From an uncultured Chloroflexia bacterium (GTDB lineage: Bacteria; Chloroflexota; Chloroflexia; Thermomicrobiales; UBA6265), in the NCBI GenBank assembly GCA_963712055.1, contig CAVQGN010000003.1, forward strand, positions 226,758 to 290,757: a stretch of 64,000 nucleotides of DNA, given 5' to 3'. Position numbers and translations under genes: made by a program. Below the pieces are notes generated by a model. It saw only the letters and a program-made list of their open reading frames with translations, ran no database searches and had not been told where the DNA came from. Shown here piece after piece: positions 53,312 through 63,742 of the stretch. Each line of letters opens with the position of its first letter. Position 1 is the stretch's first letter.

Positions 53312-56179
53312 TCACGGCGACTCGCCCAGCACCGCGTCCTCGACCGTTTCCGCTTCTATCTCATCGATCGGCGCAAAACCAAGTGAAAGCGACTGGGCGA
53401 CGATATCGCGGCGCAGGAGTCGTTCTGCTTCCCGCAACGGGATCCGGAGTTTGTTCTCCGGCACCACATCTTCCAGCATTTCGCGGACCTGTCGAAGTAG
53501 ATCGATCGTTTTGTTGAAGGTCAGAACGAGATCGCCTTCGGAGAGTTCGAGTTTCTCGAAGATCCCCGCCATTGATTCACCCATGGCCCACGCCCGAGCG
53601 GCGCCGTAAAACGCGCCATTGTGTCCCTCGGAAATGAACAACCCATAGTCTCGTTCTTCACCCAAGATGGCGTGTTCGAGTTCTTCCAGGCGACGCCGCA
53701 ACTGCACGAGATCAACTGGAAGGGTGAAATGATTGGTGTAGCGGTAGTCGCGATCGAAACTGAACCAGGAAAAAACCTCCGCCAGATCTTCGGGCGCGAG
53801 GCGATCGAGCATGCCAGAATCGACCATCTCGCAGAGAATCAGGGCATCGTTGTCGAAAACGGCTGCCAGCATGTCTGACTTCGCGGTTGGAAAGCCGCGA
53901 TGCATATACCCGAAGCGGTGAAGCACCTCGCGAATACCGGTGATAACACCCTCGATCCGTGCTTCTTCGGTTTCGATCTCTTTTTCGAGCACGAGTTCGA
54001 GCGACGCTCGTTCTTTTTCGAGGCGATCGATTCGGACCAGATGAGCGCGATGCTCCTTGCGAACCGGACAGGTGCCGCACGGATGCTCGCTCCGCATCAT
54101 CTGAAGCGAAGCCAGTTGCTCTTCAGCCGCTTGCAGCGAAGAAGCCATCTCTTGCCGCACCTCCGCCAATCGCACTGCTTCGGCTTCCTGATGCGCTAAT
54201 CGCTCAGCGACCAGATCGGGAAGATCGAGTTGCTCCAGCTGGTGCTGAACGGCGGCGACAATCTCCGGCGTGATCTCGATTGCTTCGCTTCCCGTCAGGC
54301 GTTCCAGGAGAGCCTGAGGGAGTTCAAGTTGCGCGTTGTCGGGGAGAAAGTCAATCCCGCGGTACTCCGGAAGCGTCTCGACGGAATCGCCGAAAAGAAA
54401 GTCTCCGATTCCCGCATTCGAGCGGCGCAGAAAAACACCCCACCCGTGGTCACGTTCGTGAATGACCAGCCCAGGACGAGCGAATCGGATCGTTTTTCGC
54501 AGGAGTTGCCGTCCTGGTTCGCGCCACGGCGGGCTCTCGACTGCGTCATCGAAAGTCCGCAGATTTGCGACCAGTCGCTTCACCTTCTGTTCAGCGGTCG
54601 TGATCGTGCCGGTCAGCAGACGGTATTCCTCGAGGAGTTCATCACCCGCTTCGAGACCGATAAGGCAACCCTTGGGTACACCGAGAATGTCGCCATTGAC
54701 TTCGATGATGTCGTCTTCGAGTTGCCTGACGCGTTGACTGGTCTGGAACTGGGCAAGGCTTTGCTGCAGGATTTGCCGGACCCGGTCGCCATCTGGTGGA
54801 TCCCAGAGATTGAGCACGGTGTTGTACCGAATCGCAAACGCAGAACGGACAGGTTCGAGCGGTCCCGTTGCGATCTCGCGCATATCGCGAAATTCAATCC
54901 AGGGCGAATAGGGAACAACGACCTGGCCAAACTCATCCATCCCCCGACGGCCGGCTCGGCCGGCCATCTGCTGAAACTCATTCGGGGTCAGGACTCGCCG
55001 TCGCCGACCGTCCCATTTGCTCATCCGCCCAATCACCACTGTCCGCGCGGGCATGTTGACTCCCAGTGCGAGGGTATCGGTGGCGAAAACAACCATCATC
55101 AAACCGCGTCCGAAAAGGACTTCGACCAGTTGTTTGAGAACGGGCAGCAAACCGGCGTGGTGAAAACCAATCCCTTTGCGGGCAAGCGCTGTGATCAACT
55201 GAACCTGATCGAGTTCGCGGTCCTCGGGTCGGAGCGATTCGAGATAGGTGTCGACCACCGCGTTGATCGCTCCTTCCTGTTCCTGCGAAACAAGATCAGG
55301 CCGCATCATGGCCAGTCGCTCGGCAAAGACCTGACAGTCGTTGCGGCTGAACAGGAAATAGATCGCTGGGAGCATCGATTTCGCTCGCAGTGCGTCGATG
55401 ATCTCGTGAGGATGCGGTTCATCCATTCCAGGTTCATCGCCGCGACGCCGACCGTTGCGACCAACCTGCTTCTTGGCTTCTCCACCGGTTTTCGGGAAAT
55501 CCCGCACGATCTGTCCATGATGGTTGACGACCTCATGGAGTTCGCCGTTGACGAAATAGGAAAGCGACAACGGAACCGCCCGCCGTTCGTGCGTGATCAA
55601 CTCGATCGGTCGATGGGTCCGACTGATCCATTCGGCAATCTCAGGCGCATTCGACACCGTGGCCGAGAGGCAGATGAGCTGGATGTGTTCCGGGCAGAGA
55701 ATGATCGATTCTTCCCAGGTGGTACCGCGTTCGGTGTCGGCGAGGAAGTGGATTTCGTCGAAAATGACAACGTCGACGTCATCGACATCCCAGGGCGTCT
55801 GCAGGAGCATGTTGCGCAGGACTTCGGTCGTCATGACAAGGACGCGCGCCTCGCGATTCTCGGTCACGTCCCCGGTGAGAAGGCCGACATCATTGCCATA
55901 GAGCTGGCGGAGATCACGAAACTTCTGGTTCGAAAGCGCTTTGATCGGCGTTGTGTAGAACACGCGGCCGTTGCGCTTGAACGAATCGTAGATGCCATAT
56001 TCCGCCACGATCGTTTTGCCGGTGCCGGTCGGAGCGGCAACCATGACCGAGGCTGCATCCCGGTAAGCCGAAATCGCTTCGATCTGGAATGGATCGAGCG
56101 GAAAGGGATAGAGCGAACCAAACTGGAGCAGATCAGCATCGAGGGTTGGTTCGACAGGTTCAGCTTGTTTGAGCGTCAA
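53312..56179 (-). CDS. Ski2-like DEAD/DEAH-box helicase (HelY-like)
   Basis: Motif I APTGTGKT, motif II DEIH, motif III SAT, QMAGRAGRRG. The 955-aa length is typical of bacterial Ski2/HelY homologues. Confidence 0.85.
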   Translation of the reverse strand: MTLKQAEPVEPTLDADLLQFGSLYPFPLDPFQIEAISAYRDAASVMVAAPTGTGKTIVAEYGIYDSFKRNGRVFYTTPIKALSNQKFRDLRQLYGNDVGLLTGDVTENREARVLVMTTEVLRNMLLQTPWDVDDVDVVIFDEIHFLADTERGTTWEESIILCPEHIQLICLSATVSNAPEIAEWISRTHRPIELITHERRAVPLSLSYFVNGELHEVVNHHGQIVRDFPKTGGEAKKQVGRNGRRRGDEPGMDEPHPHEIIDALRAKSMLPAIYFLFSRNDCQVFAERLAMMRPDLVSQEQEGAINAVVDTYLESLRPEDRELDQVQLITALARKGIGFHHAGLLPVLKQLVEVLFGRGLMMVVFATDTLALGVNMPARTVVIGRMSKWDGRRRRVLTPNEFQQMAGRAGRRGMDEFGQVVVPYSPWIEFRDMREIATGPLEPVRSAFAIRYNTVLNLWDPPDGDRVRQILQQSLAQFQTSQRVRQLEDDIIEVNGDILGVPKGCLIGLEAGDELLEEYRLLTGTITTAEQKVKRLVANLRTFDDAVESPPWREPGRQLLRKTIRFARPGLVIHERDHGWGVFLRRSNAGIGDFLFGDSVETLPEYRGIDFLPDNAQLELPQALLERLTGSEAIEITPEIVAAVQHQLEQLDLPDLVAERLAHQEAEAVRLAEVRQEMASSLQAAEEQLASLQMMRSEHPCGTCPVRKEHRAHLVRIDRLEKERASLELVLEKEIETEEARIEGVITGIREVLHRFGYMHRGFPTAKSDMLAAVFDNDALILCEMVDSGMLDRLAPEDLAEVFSWFSFDRDYRYTNHFTLPVDLVQLRRRLEELEHAILGEERDYGLFISEGHNGAFYGAARAWAMGESMAGIFEKLELSEGDLVLTFNKTIDLLRQVREMLEDVVPENKLRIPLREAERLLRRDIVAQSLSLGFAPIDEIEAETVEDAVLGESP

Positions 56180-56418
56180 GATCTTCGTCGTCCTTCGGCA
56201 CGATCACACACGAACTCAGCCCGGTCGACATCGCAGGACCACCCGCGACAGTCGCTCAGGAATTTCATGCTCCAAGTGTCGCACTTTCCCGGAACCACGG
56301 GATGCGAAAGTCCCTGATCTCATCGCCAATCTACAATCGCACTCTGGTATTCACGTCGTTCAAGACCACCTAGAATCACCGGAGTGCCAAGAAGCTATGT
56401 CTCAGGATCGGCAATGCG

Positions 56419-57543
56419 GTGCGTATCGGAATTAATGGTCTCCTTCTGACCGCTCCCCCAGGAACAGGTCGCTCGGGTATCCACCAGTACCTGACCAACC
56501 TTATCGCCGCGTTGCCAAATGCGCTCGAACCAACCGACGAACTCGTCGTTTACGGTGCACGCGGACAATCGACCAGGACCGGGGGAGGGCTCCGGGCGGT
56601 TTCACTTACGAAGGCGCCGACTCGGTATGAACGGGTGATAGTGGAACACCTGGCGCTGCCAGTAGCTGGGCGGCGAGATCGCCTGGATGTCTTCCACGGG
56701 CCAGCGTTCGCTCTGCCCCGAGGCATGGCCGGACCAACAATCGCGACGTTTCACGATCTTGCGTTTCTGCGCTGGCCCGCTCAGGTTACGAGTCAACGAC
56801 ATGCCTATCTGAGTCGCGCGGTCCAGTATTCGACCGCCACCGCGACCCGCCTGATCGCGGTTTCTGAAGCAACGAAAGCCGACATGGTCGACCTTCTTGG
56901 AGCCGATCCCGCCAAGATCGACGTGACCCCACTTGGCGTCACTCCGCCGACACCGAAGCAACTCTCTGACCAAGCGATTGGCGATCTGCTGACTGAACTC
57001 TCGATCAGGCGGCCCTTTGTTCTCGCGGTCGGGAATCTCGAACCGCGCAAGAACCTCGAATCACTCGTCGAGGCGTTTGCCCAGATCGCTGCAGACATCC
57101 CGCACGATCTGGTCCTGGCCGGAGCGACCGGCTGGAAAGCGGATCCGCTCCTGGCATTGCTCAACGACCCCCTCCTGACCGATCGAGTGCACCTGCCCGG
57201 ATATCTCGCACCAGACAGACTCCCCACCCTCTACGCCGCTGCCGAACTCTTCGTGATACCGTCCTGGTATGAGGGATTTGGGTTGACCATGCTCGAAGCA
57301 ATGGCCTGCGGGACACCGGTGATCGCGTCAAACCGTGGTTCTCTCCCGGAAATGGCTGGCGAGGCCGCGACCCTCGTCGATCCTCAACCTGAAACGCTTG
57401 CCGATGCTATCCAGAACATACTCGCCGACCAGGATCTGCGCACTCGACTGACAAGCGCTGGTCTGAAGCGGGCGCGGAGGTTCACCTGGCAGGAAACGGC
57501 GAGGTTGACGGTCCAGTCTTATCGGAAAGCACGACCGGAATGA
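56419..57543 (+). CDS. GT4-family glycosyltransferase
   Basis: VRIGINGLLL N-terminus and EGFGLTMLEAMACGTPVIAS. Confidence 0.85.
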   Translation: MRIGINGLLLTAPPGTGRSGIHQYLTNLIAALPNALEPTDELVVYGARGQSTRTGGGLRAVSLTKAPTRYERVIVEHLALPVAGRRDRLDVFHGPAFALPRGMAGPTIATFHDLAFLRWPAQVTSQRHAYLSRAVQYSTATATRLIAVSEATKADMVDLLGADPAKIDVTPLGVTPPTPKQLSDQAIGDLLTELSIRRPFVLAVGNLEPRKNLESLVEAFAQIAADIPHDLVLAGATGWKADPLLALLNDPLLTDRVHLPGYLAPDRLPTLYAAAELFVIPSWYEGFGLTMLEAMACGTPVIASNRGSLPEMAGEAATLVDPQPETLADAIQNILADQDLRTRLTSAGLKRARRFTWQETARLTVQSYRKARPE

Positions 57544-58571
57544 GCGAAACCGTCGCTGACGTCGGCGAATTCGGACTAATCGATCGGATCGACGCGGTCC
57601 TGCGCGACTTTCCTCGCGGTCGGGCGGATCTCCGTCTCGGCATTGGCGATGATGCTGCGATCTGGCGACCCGAGCCAGACGAAGATGTCGTGGTCACCGC
57701 TGACAGCCTGATCGAACGCGTCCATTTCCTCCTCGACTGGACAACCTGGGAGCAACTCGGCTGGAAATCCCTGGCTGTCAACCTCTCTGATCTCGCTGGA
57801 ATGGGTGCCGAGCCAGCGCTGGCGGAAGTCTCACTCTCGCTGACGGGCGAAGAACTCGTGACCGATATCGAAGACTTCTATCGCGGGATGGCGACGTTGG
57901 CCCTCCAACACAAGGTCTCGATCTCGGGCGGCGATATCACCGCGACGCTCCTCGACCGAATGATTGCGGTCACGTTGTTTGGGCAAACGGTTGACCACCA
58001 GACTTTGACCCGTTCCGCCGCAAAACCAGGCGATCTGATCGTGGTCACCGGACTGCTGGGCGCGTCGGCGGCCGGGCTGGCACTCCTGCAACTCCCCGAC
58101 GACGACCCGAAACGCCAAGCCGCGACCGCTCCACTTCTGATCGAAAGCCACCTCCGTCCTGTTCCACGCGTTGAAGCAGGACGAATGGCTGCACAACACG
58201 GCGTGACAGCTGGGATGGACCTCTCGGATGGCCTGCTCGGCGATCTGCCGAAGATCCTGCGGGCCAGCGATGTCGATGGCATCCTCGAATCAGATCGCGT
58301 ACCAATTCCGGCTGCTGTTCAAGTACTTTTCCCCGCAGAAGCGGAACAGTTCGCCCTCCGGGGCGGCGAAGACTACGAGCTGCTCCTGACCATGTCACGG
58401 CCGGTCTTCGACGATCTGCAACGAAACGGCGCGGAAGAAGGAATCACTTTCACCACCGTCGGCGAGATCATCCCGCAAGCCGGTGCCGAGACCCAACTTT
58501 GGTTGCGCGACGCCCGCGGCGACCTAGTTCCAGCCACCGCGGGTGCCTTCGACCATTTCGGTTCGCAGTAA
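57540..58571 (+). CDS. thiL: thiamine-monophosphate kinase
   Basis: GEFGLIDRI..GIGDDAAIW N-terminus of the AIR-synthase-like fold. ATGA overlap with the upstream gene. Confidence 0.9.
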   Translation: MSETVADVGEFGLIDRIDAVLRDFPRGRADLRLGIGDDAAIWRPEPDEDVVVTADSLIERVHFLLDWTTWEQLGWKSLAVNLSDLAGMGAEPALAEVSLSLTGEELVTDIEDFYRGMATLALQHKVSISGGDITATLLDRMIAVTLFGQTVDHQTLTRSAAKPGDLIVVTGLLGASAAGLALLQLPDDDPKRQAATAPLLIESHLRPVPRVEAGRMAAQHGVTAGMDLSDGLLGDLPKILRASDVDGILESDRVPIPAAVQVLFPAEAEQFALRGGEDYELLLTMSRPVFDDLQRNGAEEGITFTTVGEIIPQAGAETQLWLRDARGDLVPATAGAFDHFGSQ

Positions 58572-58573
58572 CG

Positions 58574-59350
58574 TCAGGAAGCGGTTAGCTCCTCGAGACG
58601 TTTCCGGTCCCGCCCAGCCGCTTGACCGAGCAAACTCAAATCGCTGTTGCAGACGAGGAACCGGCAACCGACATTGAACCAGGTCTGGAACGAATCAGCG
58701 TCGCGGCTGACCATTCCACAGGCAAGACCGTGAGCATTCGCGACCGTCGCGACCGAGCGAATCGTTTCGATGAACTCAGGATTGTCGAACTCGCCCGGCA
58801 TCCCCATGTTGATCGAGAGATCCTGGGGACCGATGCAGATGACATCAACACCCTCGACCGAGGCAAAAGCTTCGACGTTGGCGACGCCTTCCGGCGATTC
58901 GATCTGAACGATCACCATCGTTTCGCGATTCCCATCCTCGATCGCCGCCTTGACAGATTTCGGTTCGTAAGCATTACGGGCTAAACCACCAGCGCCACGC
59001 CGACCGAGCGGCGGGTACTTGGCGAACCTGACCGTGTCCTCAACCTGCTCGACGGTGTCGACCCGGGGAATGATGATCCCGAGCGCGCCGGTATCGAGCG
59101 CGCGAGCCACCGCCGCATAGGAGAGGTCAGTCACCCGAACGAGAGGGACGATATCGGAATCGAGCGAAACCTGAACCAGCGTCAAGAGCGTTTCGAAGTC
59201 GGTCATATTGTGTTCGAGATCGAACCAGAGAAAATCATGACCAGCGTTCGCCAGCGTTTTCACCGGTCCGACCGAACGGAACTCTTCGATAATCGGTCCA
59301 CTAACCCAACCGCCATCCTTCAATGTCCTTTTGACCCGGTTGACTGGCAT
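58574..59350 (-). CDS. HpcH/HpaI-family aldolase
   Basis: HDFLWFDLEH and GALGIIIPRVDTVEQ motifs. Start at ATG 59350 (alternative 59389). The track ORF extends to 59593. Confidence 0.85.
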   Translation of the reverse strand: MPVNRVKRTLKDGGWVSGPIIEEFRSVGPVKTLANAGHDFLWFDLEHNMTDFETLLTLVQVSLDSDIVPLVRVTDLSYAAVARALDTGALGIIIPRVDTVEQVEDTVRFAKYPPLGRRGAGGLARNAYEPKSVKAAIEDGNRETMVIVQIESPEGVANVEAFASVEGVDVICIGPQDLSINMGMPGEFDNPEFIETIRSVATVANAHGLACGMVSRDADSFQTWFNVGCRFLVCNSDLSLLGQAAGRDRKRLEELTAS

Positions 59351-59459
59351 CTGCGTTCCCCTTGCTGCTATCGGCGACACTTCCGTCATGCATTGTGCCA
59401 GATGTGCGGATCGCGCTGATGGCGACTCGGAAAGAGCTCCCACCAGAAAGGAATGTCCG

Positions 59460-60185
59460 ATGCAAGATGAACTTGGAACGCTAAGCGAGGAAACCCGAGC
59501 GCTGCTCTCGCAGGCATCGACGGCGACGATCACCACCCAGTTGTTCAAACGAGGGCTGCGGAACACGTTTCTCAATGGCGTGTTGCCGCTCAATCCCGAC
59601 CATTGCCGCTTCGTGGCTCAAGCGGTGACATTGCGGAGCATCCCGGCCCGCGAGGATCTCGATGTCGAATCGGTCTTCCAGGATCCTGAGCATCCGCAGC
59701 GGAAAGCGATCGAAACGGTCGGCCCCGGCGAGGTGCTGGTGCTCGATTGTCGCGGCGACCTGAGCGCAGCGAACGCTGGCGGGATTCTCGTCACGCGGGC
59801 GCGGATGCGAGGAGCGGCCGCAATCGTCAGTGACGGCGCCCTACGCGATTCACCCGAAATCGCCGCGATGCCATTTCCGGTCTTTGCAGCAGGACGATCT
59901 GCAACACTGAGTCTGGCCGTTCATCATGCCGTCGATATCGATGTGCCGATCGGCTGCGCCGGTGTTCCAGTCTATCCCGGCGATGTTCTGGTTGGCGATG
60001 AAGAAGGAGTGGTCGTGATACCGCGGCATCTCGCCGATGAGATCGCCCAACCGGCGGCGGATCAGGAATCGATGGAACGATTCATCATGACGAAGGTCGA
60101 AAGCGGCGCGCCCCTCCGCGGAACTTATCCACCGAACGAAGAGACCCGTGCCGCTTGGCAGGAAACCCGGAAAACCCAGTCGTAG
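59460..60185 (+). CDS. RraA-family protein (4-hydroxy-4-methyl-2-oxoglutarate aldolase / oxaloacetate decarboxylase-like)
   Basis: GDVLVGDEEGVVVIPRHLADEI is typical of the RraA/HMG aldolase family. ATG 59460. Confidence 0.8.
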   Translation: MQDELGTLSEETRALLSQASTATITTQLFKRGLRNTFLNGVLPLNPDHCRFVAQAVTLRSIPAREDLDVESVFQDPEHPQRKAIETVGPGEVLVLDCRGDLSAANAGGILVTRARMRGAAAIVSDGALRDSPEIAAMPFPVFAAGRSATLSLAVHHAVDIDVPIGCAGVPVYPGDVLVGDEEGVVVIPRHLADEIAQPAADQESMERFIMTKVESGAPLRGTYPPNEETRAAWQETRKTQS

Positions 60186-60210
60186 AGGCGGGACCTGTGC
60201 CCGCCTTCTT
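60186..60210 (+). terminator. short terminator-like hairpin
   Basis: AGGCGGG / CCCGCCT: 7-bp stem followed by TCTT. Confidence 0.4.
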
Positions 60211-60262
60211 GCGCCGGCCGACGACGGGTGGCCACTTTTGCCTCCCGGACGATGACCCGGTG

Positions 60263-61165
60263 CTAGGCTTTGGCTTCAACTTGAAAATTGGCCAATTTTT
60301 CGTAGACGGTGATCAGCGCCGAGTGATCGAGGTCGCCGCCACCGTTGGCCGCCAATGCTTCAAAGAGTTGCTGCACAACTGCCGCTCCTGGTAATGCAAC
60401 GCCAAATTCGCGCCCGGCCTGCATGGCGATATTGAGGTCCTTGCGATGGAGATCGACCCTGAAACCCGGCTCGAAGCCTCGGTCGATCATCTTCTGGCCC
60501 TTGAGCTCGAGCACTCGACTCCCCGCCAAACCACCTGAAAGCACCTGGACGATCTTGGCCGGATCAACCCCCGCTTTGGCACCAAGAACCAGCGCTTCGC
60601 TGGCAGCGGCGTAATGCATGGCCACCGCAATCTGATTGCACATCTTGACGACCTGACCAGCTCCCGGTTCACCGACATGAACGATCGTTTTGCCCATCGC
60701 TTCGAAAAGCGGCATTGCGCGCTCGAAATCAGCCGCTGAACCACCAACCATGATCGAAAGCGCGGCATTGATCGCCCCGGCTTCGCCACCGCTGACCGGG
60801 GCATCGAGCGCGGACCCGCCGACTTTGCGCAGCGCGGTATCGACGTCGATCGAAACCTTGGGCGAAATCGTGCTCATGTCGATCAGGAGGGTCCCTGGCT
60901 GGAGACCAGCCAACAGTCCCTCTTCACCAAAAACGACATCCTGGACATCAGGCGAGTCCGGGAGCATCGTGATGATCGTTTTAGTGCGCGTGGCGACCTC
61001 CCGCGGACTCGACGCGGCGGAGAACCTGTCCGATTCCGAGAGCAGGAGATCGACGTCATCCCGGCTGCGGTTGTGCAACACCAGCTCGAATCCGGCTCTT
61101 TCGAGGTTGCGGACCATTGGGCGACCCATGATCCCGAGTCCGATAAATCCGATCGGTTCCGTCAT
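60263..61165 (-). CDS. 2-hydroxy-3-oxopropionate (tartronate semialdehyde) reductase / 3-hydroxyisobutyrate dehydrogenase family
   Basis: IGFIGLGIMGRPM Rossmann N-terminus and the conserved DAPVSGG. Confidence 0.85.
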   Translation of the reverse strand: MTEPIGFIGLGIMGRPMVRNLERAGFELVLHNRSRDDVDLLLSESDRFSAASSPREVATRTKTIITMLPDSPDVQDVVFGEEGLLAGLQPGTLLIDMSTISPKVSIDVDTALRKVGGSALDAPVSGGEAGAINAALSIMVGGSAADFERAMPLFEAMGKTIVHVGEPGAGQVVKMCNQIAVAMHYAAASEALVLGAKAGVDPAKIVQVLSGGLAGSRVLELKGQKMIDRGFEPGFRVDLHRKDLNIAMQAGREFGVALPGAAVVQQLFEALAANGGGDLDHSALITVYEKLANFQVEAKA

Positions 61166-61185
61166 CTGTGCATCCTTTGCGCTAG

Positions 61186-61971
61186 CTAGAGGGAATAGCC
61201 GAGGTCTTGCACCCAGCCAAGACCCGCTTCCGTGGTCGTGGCCGGGTTATATTCGAGGCTAACCCAACCCCGGTAGCCAATCTCGTCGATCGCCGGGAGA
61301 AGAAAGGAATAGCAGATCTCCCCCGTTCCCGGTTCGTGTCGATCGGGACTGTCAGCGATCTGGATATGCCCGATCTGCCCGACATGATCACGCATCGTCG
61401 CGAGGAGGTTTCCTTCCATACGCTGGGCGTGATAGAGATCGTATTGGACTTTCAGGTTGGGATGGCCGACTTCGTCGAGAAAAGCGAACCCACGGTGGGG
61501 CGAGCAGAGCATATAGCCCGCTGAATCGATGGTGTTGATCGGTTCGATCATCTGCAGAATTCCGCGTTTCGATGCTTCTTCTGCCGCAAACGCGATATTC
61601 TCCCGCAGGGTGGTCCACTGGTCGTGGATCGGCAAATCGCCGATCGACCGGCCTACCAGGCAATTGAGTTGACCGACACCCAGTTCAGAGGCGAGTTCGA
61701 GCGCGGCAAGCGTGCCGCTGCGAAACTCGTCAGTCCGGCGTGAGTCGTTGGCAAATCCCCGTTCTCCAGCCGACAGGTTTCCGGCAGGAAGATTGAACTG
61801 CACCAGGGTAACGTTGTTCCGAGCCAGTGCGTCACGAATCCAGCCAGCGTCGTCAGCGCTCGGATAGAGCAATTCGACCGCTTTGAAACCGGCCGCTGCC
61901 GCGCGGTCGATCCGTTCCGCCATGGGATACTCCGTGAAGAGCATGCCGAGATTTGCTGCAAACTGAGGCAT
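61186..61971 (-). CDS. hyi: hydroxypyruvate isomerase
   Basis: MPQFAANLGMLFTE N-terminus is typical of Hyi. Xylose-isomerase-like TIM barrel. Confidence 0.85.
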   Translation of the reverse strand: MPQFAANLGMLFTEYPMAERIDRAAAAGFKAVELLYPSADDAGWIRDALARNNVTLVQFNLPAGNLSAGERGFANDSRRTDEFRSGTLAALELASELGVGQLNCLVGRSIGDLPIHDQWTTLRENIAFAAEEASKRGILQMIEPINTIDSAGYMLCSPHRGFAFLDEVGHPNLKVQYDLYHAQRMEGNLLATMRDHVGQIGHIQIADSPDRHEPGTGEICYSFLLPAIDEIGYRGWVSLEYNPATTTEAGLGWVQDLGYSL

Positions 61972-62089
61972 ACGCAGGTTCGCTCCTTTCGCCAGTCGTT
62001 GTCGCCATCATCGTATGCCGCTCGAGCTACTCTGGTCAAATCAGCGAAGAGCCTTGCGTGCCACACGGTCAGGAAGAACGGAGTAAACG

Positions 62090-63742
62090 ATGGCTTCAAC
62101 AGTTAGAGCGGTCACCGCCGCAGTCGATGTCCTCCGGGACCGTGGCGTGCAGTATGCCTTTGGTGTGCCGGGAGAGAGTTTTCTCGGGTTGCTGGATGCG
62201 CTGATCGACGCGCCCGAGATCGATCTCGTCACCACCCGCCATGAAGGTGGCGCAGCGTTCATGGCTGACGCAGCCGCCAAACTCACCGGGCAGCCAGCGA
62301 TCTGCATGGGCACCCGCGGTGTCGGGTCCGGCAATCTCTCGATTGGCATCCACACGGCCTTCCAGGATTCGACCCCCATGATCGCCATGGTTGGGCAGGT
62401 GGAAACCCCCGCCCGGCATAAGGAAGCGCTCCAGGAAGTGGAATTGAGCCAGTTTCTGGGCCCGATCACGAAAATAGCGATTGAACCTCCGGATGCCACC
62501 ACGCTTCCGCGGATTACTTCTGAGGCCTACCGGGTTGCGACCACCGGTCGCCCCGGTCCGGTTGCGATCGCGTTGCGCGGCGATATCCTCGATGAAGAGA
62601 TCCCGTTCGAGTGTCTCGCCAGGACGGCTTTTCCGAAGCCGGAACTCTCGCCAGAGAGCGCCCACGCCATCATCGACCTCCTCGCCAGGGCAGAACGTCC
62701 ATTGATCATCCCGGGCGCTGGTGTGCTACGCAGCGGCGCGACCCCCCTGCTGCAGTCCTTTGCCGAACTGACCCAGACACCGGTCATGACCGCCTTCCGA
62801 CGGCTCGACGCCTTCCCCACAGAGCATGACCTCTCGCTCGGTTCCCTCTCATTCGGTACACCACGGGTGATGGCTGATCGCGCTCGCGCGGCAGATGTCA
62901 TTCTCGCCATTGGCACGCGCATGAGCGAGATCACCACGCTCGGCTATTCCGTTCCTGGGGAGGGCGCAATCCTGATCCAGATCGACATCGCCGCCGACGA
63001 TCTCGGCAAATCGTATCCTGCCACCTTTGCGGCAGTTGCTGATGCGCATTCGGCGTTGACCGAGTTGCTATCCGCAGCGCAGCAACGGTCGTGGCCGGAT
63101 CGCTGTGCCGCCAATCAGAACGATCGCAAAGCCTACCTGGATGCCATCGAAGAAGCCTCTGCCGGACCGGTCGATCTGGTCAATCCAGCCTCGGTCGTCA
63201 AGGCGTTTGCCGAGCAGTTACCACCCGACAGCGTGATCACATCAGACGCTGGGAATTTCTTTTCCTGGGTGCAACGCTTTTCGCAGTTCCGCGAACCGGG
63301 AACGTTTCTCGGGCCAACCTCGGGCGCAATGGGCTATGCAGTTCCATCAGCCGTGGCGGCCGCGATTGTGCGCGACAACCAGGTTCCGGTGGTATCGACC
63401 AGCGGCGACGGCGGGTTTCTCATGACGGCGAACGAACTCGCGACGGCGGCCGCGCTCGATCGCAAGGTCATCTGTTGTGTCTTCAACAATGCCTTGTATG
63501 GCACCATTCGTTTGCACCAGGCGCGGGAATATCCTGGTCGCGTTTCCGGCACCGAAATCTGGACGCCAGATCTGGTCAAATTCGCGGAAGCGTTTGGCGG
63601 CCTCGGGATCCGGGTCGAAAACGATAACGACGCCCCAGCCGCCGTTGCAGATGCCCTCGCGCACGATGGCATCGTGGTGATCGATGTTGCGGTTTCGCGG
63701 GACACGATCGCCCCAGGATTGAAACTGAGTTCGGTCGGTTAA
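62090..63742 (+). CDS. thiamine-diphosphate-dependent enzyme (acetolactate synthase / glyoxylate carboligase-like)
   Basis: FGVPGESFLGLLDAL N-terminal PYR domain and ThDP motif GDGGFLMTANELATA...NN. Confidence 0.85.
   Translation: MASTVRAVTAAVDVLRDRGVQYAFGVPGESFLGLLDALIDAPEIDLVTTRHEGGAAFMADAAAKLTGQPAICMGTRGVGSGNLSIGIHTAFQDSTPMIAMVGQVETPARHKEALQEVELSQFLGPITKIAIEPPDATTLPRITSEAYRVATTGRPGPVAIALRGDILDEEIPFECLARTAFPKPELSPESAHAIIDLLARAERPLIIPGAGVLRSGATPLLQSFAELTQTPVMTAFRRLDAFPTEHDLSLGSLSFGTPRVMADRARAADVILAIGTRMSEITTLGYSVPGEGAILIQIDIAADDLGKSYPATFAAVADAHSALTELLSAAQQRSWPDRCAANQNDRKAYLDAIEEASAGPVDLVNPASVVKAFAEQLPPDSVITSDAGNFFSWVQRFSQFREPGTFLGPTSGAMGYAVPSAVAAAIVRDNQVPVVSTSGDGGFLMTANELATAAALDRKVICCVFNNALYGTIRLHQAREYPGRVSGTEIWTPDLVKFAEAFGGLGIRVENDNDAPAAVADALAHDGIVVIDVAVSRDTIAPGLKLSSVG

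Noticed and set aside
54230-56317. 695-aa plus-strand ORF antisense to the Ski2-like helicase gene. Similar long antisense ORFs occur at 34791-35972, 34628-35467, 23993-24940, 5967-6818, 41045-41842, 50413-51117, 51353-52129, 28830-29567 and 29978-30853.
   Set aside because: Their products are Arg/Ser/Ala/Gly-rich and low-complexity, have no recognisable motifs, and mirror genes with clear family signatures on the other strand. This is the typical stop-codon-poor antisense artefact of GC-rich DNA.
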